DNA of 63,756 nt, the filler included, from Collodictyon triciliatum (taxonomy: Eukaryota), in the NCBI GenBank assembly GCA_043381765.1. It is 4 parts of 4 records of this genome, joined end to end, with 100 filler letters (N's around TTAATTAATTAA, not from the genome) between each part and the next. Parts side by side here need not be neighbours in the genome. Positions count along the whole stretch, not along the records: positions 20,104 to 40,114 come from JBHJMP010001269.1; 3 more parts are not named here. One strand, given 5' to 3'. The notes under the pieces were generated by a model. That model saw nothing but the letters and a program-made list of their open reading frames with translations, did no database searches and was not told the origin of the DNA. Each line of letters opens with the position of its first letter. The stretch's first letter is position 1. A program made the translations under genes and the position numbers. Positions 24,919-39,600 of the stretch are shown one piece after another.

Positions 24919-27900
24919 ATGGACACAGACACATGGGACACAGACCCGGACACGTGGCCCACTCGCGGCCCAACAATCCGCCCCGCCACGCCCGACTTTG
25001 TGATAACACGCAACTCCCCACCCGAAACGCATCTGCGCGCAACCAGACTCGATCAAAGACTCGATCAAGGGCAAAGCAACACGTGGCACTTTCCCCAACC
25101 CACACGCGATCCAAACACTCCGCAAGCATATCACAGTCCTCAAAGCACTCCACGCCTCCGCTTCGCTCAAACAGACGCAGACTCTCCGCGCAGTTCCGCG
25201 CACGAATCAGACTCGGATGTTCCGGTCATGCGATTGCCGCCTCCATCTCCAGAGGAATCCACTCTTGCAGAGTCCCCGCAGACCCGCCACTCTTTGCCTA
25301 TCGCCATGAATTCTCTTCAGATCGACTTTGAACAGGCGTCTCAATCAGAAGATGCGTCCTCCTCTGCTGCAGCCGACTCTAATGCAGACCCACGCACGAC
25401 AAAAGCAAATCCGATTCTTGGCGGAGCAACGCCACCGTTTCGTGGAGCCTACTTGAATGCGATGCAATACAACAGAATAGCGCCATTACATCACAGCAGT
25501 GCGTTGAATTATGACGATATCGATGATGAGAATAGCAGGCAGGATGTATATCTCACGCAGGTAGGATTATCGTCGCAGGTACAAGCAAATGCGCAAGGCA
25601 CATCCTCTTCCACAAGCTCGTATCAGCCTAGTCCTCGTGTGATGCCCATAGCCAACCATCACATGCCGACGCAAAAAGGCTTTATCGTCCCTATAGCCGA
25701 TGCAGGTGCAAAGGCAAATCCAAAAATGTTGACACATGCCCAGTCCTTTTCCCAGCAAGAAAAAACAGTCCCGCTTTCAGAGTCTGGGCACTTATCGCAG
25801 ACGACGATTCGCCATGGCATTAAAGCAGAAGCGGAGCCAGAAGCTGCCTACGTCCAGCCAAATATGATGTCGTATCAGTCTTTTCGAGCGCGTTCGATCC
25901 AGCACAAGAGTCCAGGTAGTGTCGCATCCACGTCGAAAGCACCGTCGGGTCCGATGGCCGGGGTGATGACTGTGACGTCGATTCCAAAGATACAGCAGAA
26001 ACTCTTTTGGTGGTCGTGGGGAATGCAAATGTTTCTTTATGGCTTTGTGTGGTTCTCTTTTGCGCCGATTCATGACCGTTCGGAAGAGTTTTACACTGCC
26101 TCTGCATTTGATATCGATCTTATTAGTGTTTTGCATATGCTTGCATACATCCTAGTATTTCCTTTTGGTACATACGGATGTACATATCATCAGTACGATA
26201 TTGTGGTATGTTTTAATCTCCATTCCCTCTGTCATACTTTTACGAGGGATTTTTAACACGAACCATACAACCATCTCTTTCACCCCCCTTTTTTCTTCTC
26301 AATGACACTTTCTATTTTTCAAAAAATTATGCTTTCTAGTTATCAGATGAATATTTATGTGTAATTCTTTTTTTAAAACAATGTGTAGCTTGTAGTGTCC
26401 TCTGTGGGCCATACTGTGTGCGTTCTTATCAGGTACATGATTGGAGAAAATTCAACACAGTTTTGGATGGATTTTTTAGCGCAGTCAATCAGTGCACTTC
26501 TCTCAGTGTTTGTTCTGGATGGACATCTGAAAGCAACATCCTTGGTGAATATTTTACATTCAATATCTGTAGGCTTTTACTCTCATCCTACTCTCAGATT
26601 TGCCAAATCACAATGCAACAAATGGAAGCGTTTCTCTTGAATCATGAAAAAAATACACGTTGCTCAATTATCACGACTCCGTTTTTATTATAGTGGCTCG
26701 GAAGTAACAAGACAACAAAAGTGGGCACGGCCTTCTCCTTCGCGATGACTTTTGTGGGGATTGGCACTTCATTTTTTCTGTCACATCACTTGACAAAGTC
26801 AGATCCCAACTTGTCAAAGTGGTTTATGGTTCAGCTGGCTATTGTTTGCCTGATTTCCTTCGCCAATTTGATACTTATACTGCATCGAAAGCTCCACCCA
26901 TTTCGTGTCGAAAGCACTTGGTATAGTCCATAAATCGAATAGTCGTTCTTGTGCACTTTCAAAAAAAAATATGAAAAATAGCTATGATACACCCTAACGG
27001 TTTTTTATATTACTTTGTGCCTTGCAAATAACTTCCATGCTTATATTTTCCTCATTTAACATTTCAAATAGGAAGTTGGATGCAAATTACTCGCAGTATG
27101 GTCTGTTTCTGAAACAAAAGAAAACTGTGAAGGCCACACTAATTTTTTCCATCGATTTTTCCGTTGTTATGTCATTCTTGATCCTTATTGATGATATTCT
27201 ACTGGATGAAAATCTCCGCGAGGTACAGCCTAAACAAAATTTATAAACTATGATATTGCTCTCATGTATTAAAATGGTGCATAATTGACTTATTTGTATT
27301 TTCGCATGCCATTATTACTAGGACTCTGCATGGAAACTAGGGTTGATTTTTTGTATCGCAGCCTTCGCCTCCTCTGTTTTTGTCAGTTATGCTGCTGGAA
27401 TACTGGATGCCATTCGCTGGCTGAATTTCATTTGCATTTTTATATTCACGTAAGAAATAATGACCATGTCTAGTGGGTTAATATTGAACTCTGTTGAAAC
27501 CTGATGTCTAAATTTTATCGCAAGAAAGTCAGAACTCCTCTATCTATTCCTTTTTATAAAATAAATCATCCCGCGCATCCCAGATGTACTCTGCTATGGT
27601 TCAATTTGATTCATAAGAATTCTTCTCGAATCCACATGGAGGTTTGTATTGCGTTCATGGGCTTCTTTGGTGCAGCTGCTCTTCCGTCTTTGGAGGTATT
27701 TTTTTTATTATTATATCCCTGAATTGTTTAATGTTGTCCATGGTGAAATTGTTTGAACACTGAGGCACCCAATCCTTTCATAAAATCGTCCCTTGACCTA
27801 TATCATGATGCCAATCTCTTCCTCTTTTCCTTTTTAATTAGCGCCAATTTTTTATGATTAGTTTATGTATGACTTCAAAATAATAGCTTGCGTGTTAATT

Positions 27901-28959
27901 ACGCATGAATGATTTTAAGGTTCGGCAGTTTGAAACAAGAGGGGCGATGTGCGAACGGTTCACAGTTACCATTCTGTGGTTTTTCGCTTCCATTTTCACT
28001 GCAGGGATAGTGCTAATTTTCAACGCAGTCAAAAAGTCGCACACAGTATCAGATTCAGTAGACATCATTCTCTGGACAATGTTTTCTCTTTTGTGTACAG
28101 CTTCCTTCCTGTCCTTTTTCTCTCGCTCTGAAACGTCTCTGCGCCCAGTCATTTCAAATCGCAACCTTCAAAGTGAGCTTTTTTTTTCCCCAATACGTAA
28201 TCAATCTTCACTCAGAAAGAAAGGTTGTGCATGAGCTATTTCATCAATTTTTTATTTTATTTTTTGCATGGGGATGAAATGATCCCATCATCATTTTCAC
28301 CAAGGTGCTAAAGCTAGCCCTTAAGCATGAGAGTTTAACGTTCGATTCACTTTTCATTCTTGTAATCACCCCCAGACTACCAACCATCGGGCTATCTGTC
28401 GCGCGCGCTCTCCATGACTTCGATCCACAATGCAGCAAACACAACAGAGGATGGGTCCAGCGTCTATGTGACCAAAAACCTAAAAACACCGTCGTTTCTA
28501 ACAGAGGGCGCACTTCACCAAAACACCGACCCCAACACTAGTCTCTCGCACGCTCATAATGTGGACATATTCGAAGGTAGACACACGACACATCAAACTG
28601 GGCCGAATTCCCAGCAAAGACAGGAGAACCTCCGAGGAGCCAATCCGATTGCCGACCAAAGCCTGCTCCACCAACCGGATGAATTCACGGATTTAAACAT
28701 CTCCAGAGGCGCCGGAGTTCGTCACACGGGAGCATTTCCCAGCGTTCGAGGAGATTACAGCACAGGCGAAGGCGGCCAGATTCAACGCGCAGTCATCAGC
28801 CCGTCCATCAGCCCGATAAGGAGCAGCCAGGACACATATGGACGCGTCAACCCAATCATCTCGTCGGGAAACAGGTCATCGGCCTTGCTGAACAGAACCG
28901 CCCACTCATCGCTCCATCGCCAGGAACCGAGCCCCTATGCCGCGCCAGGCTCATTCTAA
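24919..28959 (+). CDS. Divergent MFS transporter (FLVCR/SLC49-like) with long disordered termini, ~8 exons
   Basis: WFSFAPI...FY....DIDLISVLHMLAYILVFP motif and a series of hydrophobic helices across GT-AG exons. Confidence 0.7.
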
Positions 28960-29459
28960 CCCATCAAAAAATCCATCAAAAAATCCATCAAAAAAAGAAA
29001 AAAGGATGGAGCAAAATGGCTGTGAAATAAATTCCGCAAATGGAAGAAGTCTGTGCCCGATACAAACATTCAAATTTTTGAAATGCTCGGCTGCCACTGC
29101 ACAGCTTTCGAATCGCCTGCCTCCAACCACAAAAGCAATGCGGCCTCCACCGAAGCAAACACACGGCAGACAAAAGCAAAGGCGCGGCGTTGCATAATAA
29201 TTCTCAAGGAAGAGTCAGACTCGCGCAACTATGATGTGGTAAAAAAAGAAGAAGAAAAAAAAAAGAGAGAAGGCTGAATAAATAAACTAGTTGGACGTTC
29301 ATATTTGCCGGTTTCCCCTTATCTTTGATTTGTCCTTTCAATCGCAAACCGACGGCACGGAAGAGGAAGGCATAACGCAGGGATTCGTCCGCTGTTTGTT
29401 GGACAAGCAGGCTACGAAACTCACACAGCAAACGCGCTGCCATCTTTGCCCCTGTGGGG

Positions 29460-29690
29460 ATGAGCAGCTTCGGAGTCATTGTGCTCATCGGCGTTTCAGG
29501 CCAAGATCTGAAGGAGTTTCCTCTCTGCACCGAAACTTGCTCGTTCGGACGGTATTATTCTGACCTTGTTGGATTGCTCTATCTTTTCTTTACTCTTTTT
29601 TTTATCTGGCCCCCGTGTTCCTTCGCTATCGCCAAGGGACTTTCCCTGCTCGCATTCCTTATTGTACAGGTGTTTTATTTATGTATTTGT

Positions 29691-29773
<83 letters not shown>

Positions 29774-32700
29774 TTTGTTTGTTTATTTATTTATTTGTTT
29801 ATTTATTTATTTGTTTATTTGTTTATTTGTTTATTTGTTTATTTGTTTATTTGTTTATTTGTTTATTTGTTTATTTGTTTATTTATTTATTTGTTTATTT
29901 GTTTATTTGTTTATTTGTTTGTTTATTTGTTTATTTGTTTATTTGTTTATTTGTTTATTTGTTTATTTGTTTATTTGTTTATTTGTTTATTTGTTTATTT
30001 GTTTATTTGTTTATTTACGTCATGATAAGTGATAAACTGCTGGCTCTTTCTTCTCCTCATTGCCGCTCGTGCGGTCTGAGAAGATTACTCTAAGATTCCA
30101 ATCAAATAGACATCCCAATTGTGATATACGAATTCAACGGGAGGACATTTCAAAGTTTCAAGCTGACGTTGTCGCGGAGGACGAAGCAGTACGAATTTAT
30201 AATCAGCGACTTTTTTTATTTATCCGTCTATATATTAATTAATTGATGCATTTTACTTATTTGCTCCCTTTTATTCACTTTTTATTCATTAATTAATTGC
30301 TTCATTTGATCCACACGCACGCATAGGTATATATCATACCCAAAAGCAAAGTCACTCCCACCAAAATCAATGGGGTTGAAGTAAAGGACAAAACAGAGCT
30401 CAAGCACGGCGACGTGTTTTCCTTTGGAGCAGCGAATCCGCGTTGTTTTCGATATGAGTGTCGTAATATCGGTGCCAAAAGGCGTCACTACAGCGGAAAT
30501 AAACTGGTTCGTCCCATTCCACTTTCCTCTCGCTTTTCGATTGGAAAGAAAAAGACCAAAAAAAAAATAAAGGATTAGCTATGATAAAGCACTCATTCAC
30601 ACTAGAATCACGGACTCTCATATAATATTTTCTTCGTTTCTTGTATTTTCCTGGTTCCTAGTATATACCTAAATCCTCTTCATACTTTACAGAATACCAC
30701 TGAAACTCCGTCCGCCCTGCAAAAGCAAGTTTCCAAGCAAATGTCTATTCTACACCAACCGACGACCAGCAAACCAGACTCGTACGCAAAACAGGCGGAG
30801 CCGGAGTCATCTATCCAGTCCCAATCGGAGGATGACTTCATCTTGCAAAAGTTCGCCCATTTCAAAGCATCAGAAAATGCTTCGCTGGTAAGTCAAATAA
30901 GAAGAAAACATGTGAATATTGATCTCACACTAATGACGGAAAAAACAACACTTTGCGGCTATTCATCGCATAACAACCCAAATAACAAAGAAAAAAAGAA
31001 AAAGAAAAAAAAGAAATAGATGAGTCAATACACCCAGAAAGATAACTTCAGTGTGATTGATTATATCACTTCCATAGAAGGAGAGCCCTACAATGCCCCG
31101 CGAAATATGCTTCACGTCCAACTCTGTGCAGATACGCACCCCTATCAAAACGCCTATCCGGCCGATCCTCTTCAAATCAGAGACTCCGAGCCAAGAAATT
31201 CCAATCGGAAACCAAACTCCAAGCCAGAGTGCAAAAAAGCGGAAGAGTGTATCTTTTGCAAGTGCCCTGGAGGACAAGTTTGATGGAAACGAATCTTCCA
31301 TTCACCATCCATTCTATATGAACATAGCTCTAAAGAAAGACACCGATTCAATCAAGGCCGATGACGCCCGACCAACTGAAGACGAATCACGGATCGTGCC
31401 CTGTGAACAAAAAGCTAAAGAAGCTGGCGGATCGAAAACAATTGACCCTTCTGTCGCTTTCATGTCATCGCCTTCATCACACTCTTGCATTTCCGCACCA
31501 AATGAACCATTTGAAAACAAAATCCAACCCCCCAGCAGCGAGCATGAAGGGCATGTGCTATCGCTATCAACCACAAACAAGTCATCCGATACTGTCAAGA
31601 CTTCAGAGAATCCACCAGCAGACCATTCGTCATTGACGCCAATACCAATCGGCTCCACCGAAACAAATCTCGATAGCGGCTTGTCCATGCTGCGACCCAC
31701 TGATGCTGACTTCCGGATTGATTTATCAGATATCAAAAAACTGACATCGCCGCCCAACCACGAATCGATGAATGCCAGCTCGCAATCAGACATGGCAGAC
31801 GGGAAAATGATGTACGAGAGAATCGGCAATATTTTGAATCACTCCAACGAATCTTATCTCTCATCAACTGCAGCCGCCGTTGCACAACCTAACCCCGCCG
31901 GCTCACCGGTGCAGTCATCTTCTGCCCAGAGCGATTCAAGCACACCTGATGCTTCTTCTTCCTCATTAATTTCTCACCAGGAGACTCTCCAGAGAGACAA
32001 ACCCTTTTCTCCAGATGAATCACATGAGCTCGGTGAATTTACGGAGGAATTCGGCAACCACAAGCCTTACGACGCTTCCGCATCTCCCATGATGTATGGC
32101 TTGTCCCACTATATCCAGAGCTCCAACATCGGCCTTGAACACCAGCATAGCTTGAATGAAAGCACTATTCATTACCCTTTGAAAGCTGCTCTGAATGGAA
32201 CTGATGAGAGTCTACAACTATTTCCTTTTCGTCGAAGTGAAGAACTGCCACCAATGTCGCTCAGTCATGCAGCAAAAGCATCAGTTCCACCGTCTGCACG
32301 TCGCCTGAATCTAAGTCTCAACGGTTCGCACTCGCTTCACGCGTCTGATTCGCACAACCGTGTCGAGGACGATGCAATTACCAAAAAGGAAACCCTACAA
32401 AACAGCCGTAGCATCCCCTCCGCACACAATGCCGGCATCGTAGCCATCTCCATGGGTGATAGTGAAAAAAAGGACGCTGAACAACCACAGGAACAGGCTT
32501 TATGCGCATTCAGTTCATCCGCACAATCAACGGTTCTCTCAAATCAAGCAAACCTCGACCTTCCTGACCGCTTTCCCACAGCACACATGGCTGAATTCAC
32601 CCCATTCACTTTAAAAACCGGAAGAATGGGAAATGGCAGCCCCTCCGTTGTCAGCAAGTCAGACCCTCTCGTAGCTGGTACCTTCACTCTATATGCATCT

Positions 32701-35637
32701 GCATTCTCCCCACGCAGGTCACCGAGACTCGGGAATAAGTTACAGCAAAATGTCAGCCAAAGAATCAAGCCCAATCAAATTACAGTGAATCGACTCACAT
32801 GCGAATCCTCTGGGCCCGAGACAACATCACCCGCGGCACCTGTCGAAGTACCAATCCTAGATACAGTATTGGAAGAGACCAGCAAACGAATCGAAATGGA
32901 GAAAGAACTGTTGATAGAAGACCAAGAAGCAAAAAGTCAGCTGCAACTCACAAGAACTCCAACTCGTGCCACTCAAACTCGCTCGGTAGATGGAATTTCT
33001 CCCTTTAACTCACCCATGAACTGCCAAGTCGTCATTTCCTTGGAGTGTTCACCACAGCGTACACTAACCAAGAAGGGAAAAAGCAATTCATTCGATGCAT
33101 ATCTTGATAGTCAACTCATCGTTCAAGAGAACTGTTCTTCCTCAACAGAAACCTCTCAAACAGAATCAGTTTCTGCTTCAAAATTAGGAACAAAGGGCTT
33201 AGTTTCATCTTTAAAGGACAGATTAAATAATGTATTATCCCATCAGCAGCGCGACATTTCAATCCAGGAAGGAGCACAAACACAATCAAAACCTCATGCA
33301 AAAATCGATATAGTACTTGACCAAAATCAGAATTCACACAAAATACGATGCGAAGGTGCAGACACAAGCCAAAATACGAGCCGCGTCAAAGCCTTACGTC
33401 AGGAGCTTGAAAAATCACTTACGGTCGGACTCAAACCCCCAATGGCCTTCGCAAAGAGCAACACAGCGTCAGAAAAAGCCGGTTCAAATGTGGGCAAGCT
33501 TAAAATAAACTGCACATTGGATATTCCCATGCTTGCTCCTCAGCCGCCAAAACCATTCGCACTCGGGCCACCATCACACCATACACCACATAGTCTGCTT
33601 TCAGACGAGCCACATTTAACAACCCCCAATTCCAAAAACAAATTGTCGTCTTTGTCCAAGAGCAAACAAGAAGTAAGCCAACAACTCGTTGGAAGTTTAC
33701 AGGTCTTGCCCCATGATACCGTGGTGGGCGACACAACTGATTCGGCCCACTCCATTGAAGTAGTCACCGCACTACCGCACCCGACGCAGAATCCTGAACT
33801 CTCTGTCCCTAACTACGAGCAGCGCACCTCTGAAAAGATACCAGCCGAAATAGGCTCCGAGTCTCCTTTCATTGAACGCTGCGATGCGTTGCCGCCGCCC
33901 CCAACACCGTTTCGCCTGCCTCCATTTCCTACCCCGCCTCCAAATGCTGCGGACCTAACGTTCAACACTCCACTGCCGTCTCCACCTTCATCCTTTACAC
34001 CATTTCGTGACTTCACAACACCTCTTCCGTTTACTTCATCTGAGCACGACGCAAACAGAGCTTACCGAAAATCAGCTATTGTGGGAACACCAGTGTTAAA
34101 TATGGCATCCTCGAATCATGTCAAAATCCATGCGAAAATGGATAACCACATATCCACAACCCCGATAAAGACTGATGTCTCTTTATCTGTACCCAAAGAT
34201 TTAATGACCAAGCTAGAGTCTAATTTTACCTCACCCCTTCCGGTTGCTCGTTCCAGCTGCAAACCAGACGAAAAAGCATGCTTGAAAGATTTGAAGAACT
34301 CTTCCAAAGTGGAACCATGCAATCTTGAACCAGCTGGACATGACACTGATAACCAAAGATGTGTAATTGCCGCAAACTGCACTTTGGTTAAGAAGGATGA
34401 TGATTATTTGATCCAAGAAAACATGCAAAGAATGCAGATTGTAGAAAGTTGTCCTGAGGAGAATATTCAGCAAGAAAAGCAAACACTGACCCCTGCGTTA
34501 GGTATGGTAGTCAGCGACTCATGTGGCTTCGATGCAGCATCAACCAAAAGGGAATCGTTTCATTCACTTGACTCCCTTCAGTACACAGATTCGGTGAAGT
34601 CTTGCATCACTGCTGACTCGTCAAAGGAAGCATCAAGCTTGAGTAATATCCTAGGAAATGAGTCGCCATATACACCAATTTCTTGTCAAAACCCATCACT
34701 AGTTGCTTTGGAGAAACAAGACGGTATATCTCCAAATGTTCGGGTAAAAAAGAGAAAAAAGAAAAACAAGCGGTCTTTGGGTTCCACGCAAGAGCACGAT
34801 AACACCTGCAGCCTTACAAGTCGGCAAATGAGTGTGGTTCAAGAGTTTACTTCATTCAATATTTCCGAAGGTGACGTACAATCTATCAGACAACAAGCTG
34901 TTCCAGACCAAATCAAGTGGACAAGAGATTTGAAAAAAGACATAGCTTTGAACGCGAACCCCGGGCACGTCAAACACTGTAATGGTGGCGGAAACTTTCT
35001 AGGAGTACCCGAAAAACCAACAGAAAATGGATTATATTCACCATTAGTTCGAGAAACAGTCATCATTCCAAACCGCCTGTTGGGCCGGGTAGCAAAATCA
35101 AAAACTATCATAACCCCTTCTGTCGTACGCTTTCGGTTATTGAGACACGCCTTCGGTCCCAACAGCAAAGGAAAAACTGCAAACAATTTTCTAAACAATC
35201 CCTTCTGTGTAGCTAAAGTTCTCGAGAGGAACCGAAACCCCCGAGATAACCGAAACAGATTATATTTATCGCAAACGAAAGGGTTAGATAGTGGTGCTTT
35301 TATACGGGAAAGACCCAGTGATATTTCCATCACATCTCTTTCGCCCAATGCTGCCACAAATGATTCAATTAGGTGTAAAACTGAAAAACTTCAAAGGCCT
35401 TCGGCAGTTATTCCAGGGTTAGATGCAAAGGTTTCGGTGGATGCAAGGAAGGCCTCAAACGTGAGAGAGGGGGGAAAACAGTGTTTGTTCAAAGATTCCG
35501 TTCATAGCGCCACCGAAGCCACTGGTTTCATCACAGTAAATAAGCAGAAACTGACTTTTACAAACAAAGTGGTAGCCAATAAGGAGAATGGGCATGAAAA
35601 TTCTGGCAGTGTAAGCGTGATGCAGCAGAATGATTAA
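29460..35637 (+). CDS. Ki-67-like FHA-domain protein with RVxF motif and ~1500 aa disordered region (5 exons)
   Basis: Exons 29460-29551, 30110-30188 and ~30328-30506 encode FPLCTETCSFGRHPNCDIRIQ...SK...PTKING...LKHGDVF...RCFRYE; these splice through ~30692-30887 into the long ORF via the acceptor at 31077. Confidence 0.8.
29690..30017. repeat. (TTTA/TTTG)n microsatellite in intron 1 of the FHA gene
   Basis: Direct reading of the sequence. Confidence 0.95.
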
Positions 35638-36358
35638 TCAGCAAACTTGAATGAAAAATACAAAGCATGCTTATACTCATCTACAGCGCAGCCTCAAAGG
35701 GTCTATAGCAGCTCCGTAGCAAAGTAAAAAAAATAAAGTAAAAAAAAAAGGCAAAAAATAAAAATAAAAAGAATTCCATTAACTCTTAACACCCGCCAAA
35801 TCTTGAGAAAATATCTCACTCGTAAGCCAATGTCTCACAAAACAAAGATTGTTTAAGAGAGACAGTTTTTTTAGTTTATACATAAGTTCGGCGAAAATCT
35901 GGATGCTGCTGAGCCAATGACAAGTCTTTCACAAATAAGTCCCACTTGTGTAAACACTGTTGTATGAATGAGAAAAGAAAAATACATACACCGTTGTAGT
36001 TAGTCGTTCGAACATATTTTGTTGTCGAAGGGCTTCTATCAGAATAATCTGCTTTATCGCAGAATCGAATCCAAGTACGTGTGTTGTGATTTGATTACAA
36101 CGCTTCCATTAGATGTTTCTTTCGACGCTGGTTCTCTTTTACATGCAATCAGGCGCTACGTTATATATTTGTTGGAGCTCGACAAAGCATATGAAGCGAT
36201 TGTGTCAAACGTATCTCACATAACACCATCTTTTTTAATCATGAGGCTGTCACATTGATTCAGTGATGTTTCATTCACAAACTGTCTCAAAATCTAAACA
36301 AAAAATGAAGTGGTGTGTTTTTATTGGTGGGAAAGTTGTTTTGTTTTTCTTTCCATGG

Positions 36359-36494
36359 CTAGGCTCTCTTTTTGTTGGTGCCCGAAGAATGCCCGATATG
36401 ACGTTTTGCCGTGTTACGAGGCGCATCGTTGAACAAGCCGTCTACTTCAATCTAAATGACAAGGTGTCTTATATACAAAACAATCATCGTCATC

Positions 36495-36546
<52 letters not shown>

Positions 36547-36563
36547 TAATAATAATGATAATA

Positions 36564-36598
<35 letters not shown>

Positions 36599-36635
36599 GA
36601 TAATGATAATAATAATGATAATGATAATGTTAATG

Positions 36636-36670
<35 letters not shown>

Positions 36671-39600
36671 GATAATGATAATGATAATGATAATGATAAT
36701 GATAATGATAATGATAATGATAATGATAATTATAATGATAATTATAATAAGAACAAGAACATGAACAAGAACATGAACAAGAACATGAACAAGAACATGA
36801 ACAAGAACAAGAACAAGAACATGAACAAGAACAAGAACAAGAAGAACAAGAACAAGAACAAGAACAAGAACAAGAAGAACAAGAAGAACAAGAAGAAAGG
36901 ATACACAAAATAAATTAAAGTAAAAAATGATGTGGTTATTTTTAACTGTTCGCTTGTGGGAAACGTGTATTATTGCGAACCATGTTGTAGGATATGTCCA
37001 GAGACCTTAGTTTTGTCAGGTTGGTGATATTTTCGGGCAAGGTCGTCAGCTTATAGTATTATAATCAGCAGCGTGAGTCATTTAGTTATATTGCGGCTGT
37101 GGTGGGACAACTCAAAAGAAATTATACAGTTCCAAATTAAAGTAGAAATAACATTAATACCTGATTGTGAGAAACATTTAATGCTTTGAGTTGCGTCATC
37201 ATACAGACGATGGACGGAAGTTCGCGCATCTATGAAATCCAGATGTTATCAGTGTTATCTAGTTGCATGTGGTTGAGTTTTTGTATTCATTTGAAGTGTC
37301 TCACTCGAGCGTGGCAGATAGCAAGTCCGGTCAAATTCGTCATCAAAAGAAGTCCAGGAGGAAGAGGCACATATTGACTCCCGTACAATATGAGTGACCC
37401 GTACTGCATCTGTCGTTTGTTAGGCTTCCAACCAGGCCGTATCGCTTCTTCATCCTTCATGTCAAAAAAAAAAGCAACGATATAATGATTTTAGATACAA
37501 GAGCGATACTTTCGTTCTTATTTTTCGAATGAGCTGTACACGATGACTTACCAGAGTGTCATAAAACTTAAGCATCTGAATATGGGATGCATGCAGAAAA
37601 CCGGATTCGTCCAATGTATTATTATTCCAGCAAGGAAGGCAGCTTATGTCTCTAGGTGATCTTTTTATTGTGTGATATGATTGATTCATCACAAACAGCT
37701 GCGGTGGAATTATTTCAAGCAACGTAAGGTTCGTAAGAGCTGTTATTTGTGGTGGCAGTTCATCAATCTAAGGGTTTGTTATCGTTTAAAATCGTAAGAA
37801 TATCGATCCCGATAATTGGTCAAAATAAAGTAAAAAAAATTGTACAATTATGAACGTAATTTTAACAAAGGAACTGTATGGGATTTAACTAAGATAAGGT
37901 ATAAGTTTGTGATAATGGTGAAACCGATAAAAAAGTACCAAATTGCCTGATATATTAAGTTCCACAACGCCGGTTAGAAAAGATATCTCTGGAGGGAGAA
38001 AAGAGATTTGATTGAGGTGCAGAAGGAATTTTGTCAGTCGTGTCAGGGCCGATATAGATGAAGGCAGTGAAGAGAGTTCATTTGTTTGAATTTCAAGCTC
38101 CTTGAGTCTGTTCAGCCTGCATAATTCGGGAGGCAGAGACGTTAATTTATTCACACCTAAATGCAGAACCTCTAGTGACTTAAGCTCTGATATGCCATCA
38201 GGGAGAGAAGATATCTTGTTTCTGGGTAGAATGAGCTCCAAAAGATTACTGAGCATTGATACACTGAACGGTAATGACCTTATCATATTAGAACCAGCAC
38301 AGAGTTTTGTAAGCTCAGTCATGAAAAACATCCCTGGGCATAGTGAAAGTAGTAGAATGTTGTCAATGTCAAGCTCTCTAAGCCTTATCATCATAGATAT
38401 GTTATTTGGAAGACTCTGCAGTGGATTATGCCGTAGTTTGATGGTATTTAGTCGTGTTAGCATGGATATGCCAATGGGAATAGATGATATCCTATTTTCT
38501 GAAAGGTGCAGGTCGACCAAGCCTGTTAAATTCGATATTTGAGTAAAAAGAGTCGAAATATGATTCCTTTCAGCACCAAATTTAGTCAAGTTAGTCAGAG
38601 TCGATAATTCGGATGGTATGTGTGATATCAAATTTTTTGAGATATTTAGCTCCACAAGCATCGTCAAGTTTGACAGTCCAGAAAACAATTGCGATAGTTT
38701 GTTGCTATTCAATTGGATTTTTGAAAGATTGGTCAAACACGATATCTCTGGTGGCAGCAAATTTATACGATTTTCAGATACATCAAAGATTTGAAGTCTG
38801 GTCAACAAGGCTATTTCAGGAGGTATAGCCTGAATGATGTTATAGTCTAAATATAGCCTTTCTAGGCCTGTCAAAGCGACTATTTCTAACGGGAACACAG
38901 AAAGATCATTTCTTGACATGTCTAGCAAAGTAATTGCTTTTAACCTTGAAGCTTCATTAGGCAGTGATGTAATTCTATTATGGGAAATACAAAAACGTTC
39001 CAAAGTAGTAAGTATTGATATCTCTTTGGGAATCGAGGTAAGGCGGTTGTCTGAAATGTTAAGTTTTCGTAGCTCTTTCAAATTGAGAAGTGCTGTTGAC
39101 AGCGAGGTTACTCTGTTCTTGTCAATATGAAATACCGTAAGATTAGTCAACACAGATATCTCAGAGAATATAGAAGCCAAGACATTGCAGGATAGATGAA
39201 GCTCCACAAGATTCTTCAATCTTGATAATTCGGATGGGAGTGATCGCAGGTGATTTTTCATGACGTTGAGAATTCTCATGTGAGTAAGCATCGATATTTC
39301 AGATGGGAGAGCTGAAATGTAATTGTGAGAGATGTATAGCTCAGAGAGATTAGTTAAGAGCAACAGGTCTCTTGGGAAACGAGAAAAATCATTATTACTG
39401 ATGTCGATAACGGTAAGCAAGGTCAGCACTGATATTTCTGGGGGGAGCGATGAAATCTGATTATTGAGGGCTATAAGTTCCATAAGGTTGGTCAACGCAG
39501 AAATCTCAGACGGCAAGGATGACAGCCGATTCTTTGACGCTTCGAGTTTTGTGAGTCTGTTCAGCAGAGATATGCCAGAAAACGATGAAATATCGTTCCA

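Noticed and set aside
31020-31283. 87-aa ORF after an AG, as an exon of the FHA gene
   Set aside because: It is out of frame with the 1514-aa ORF; the acceptor at 31077 gives the continuous protein.
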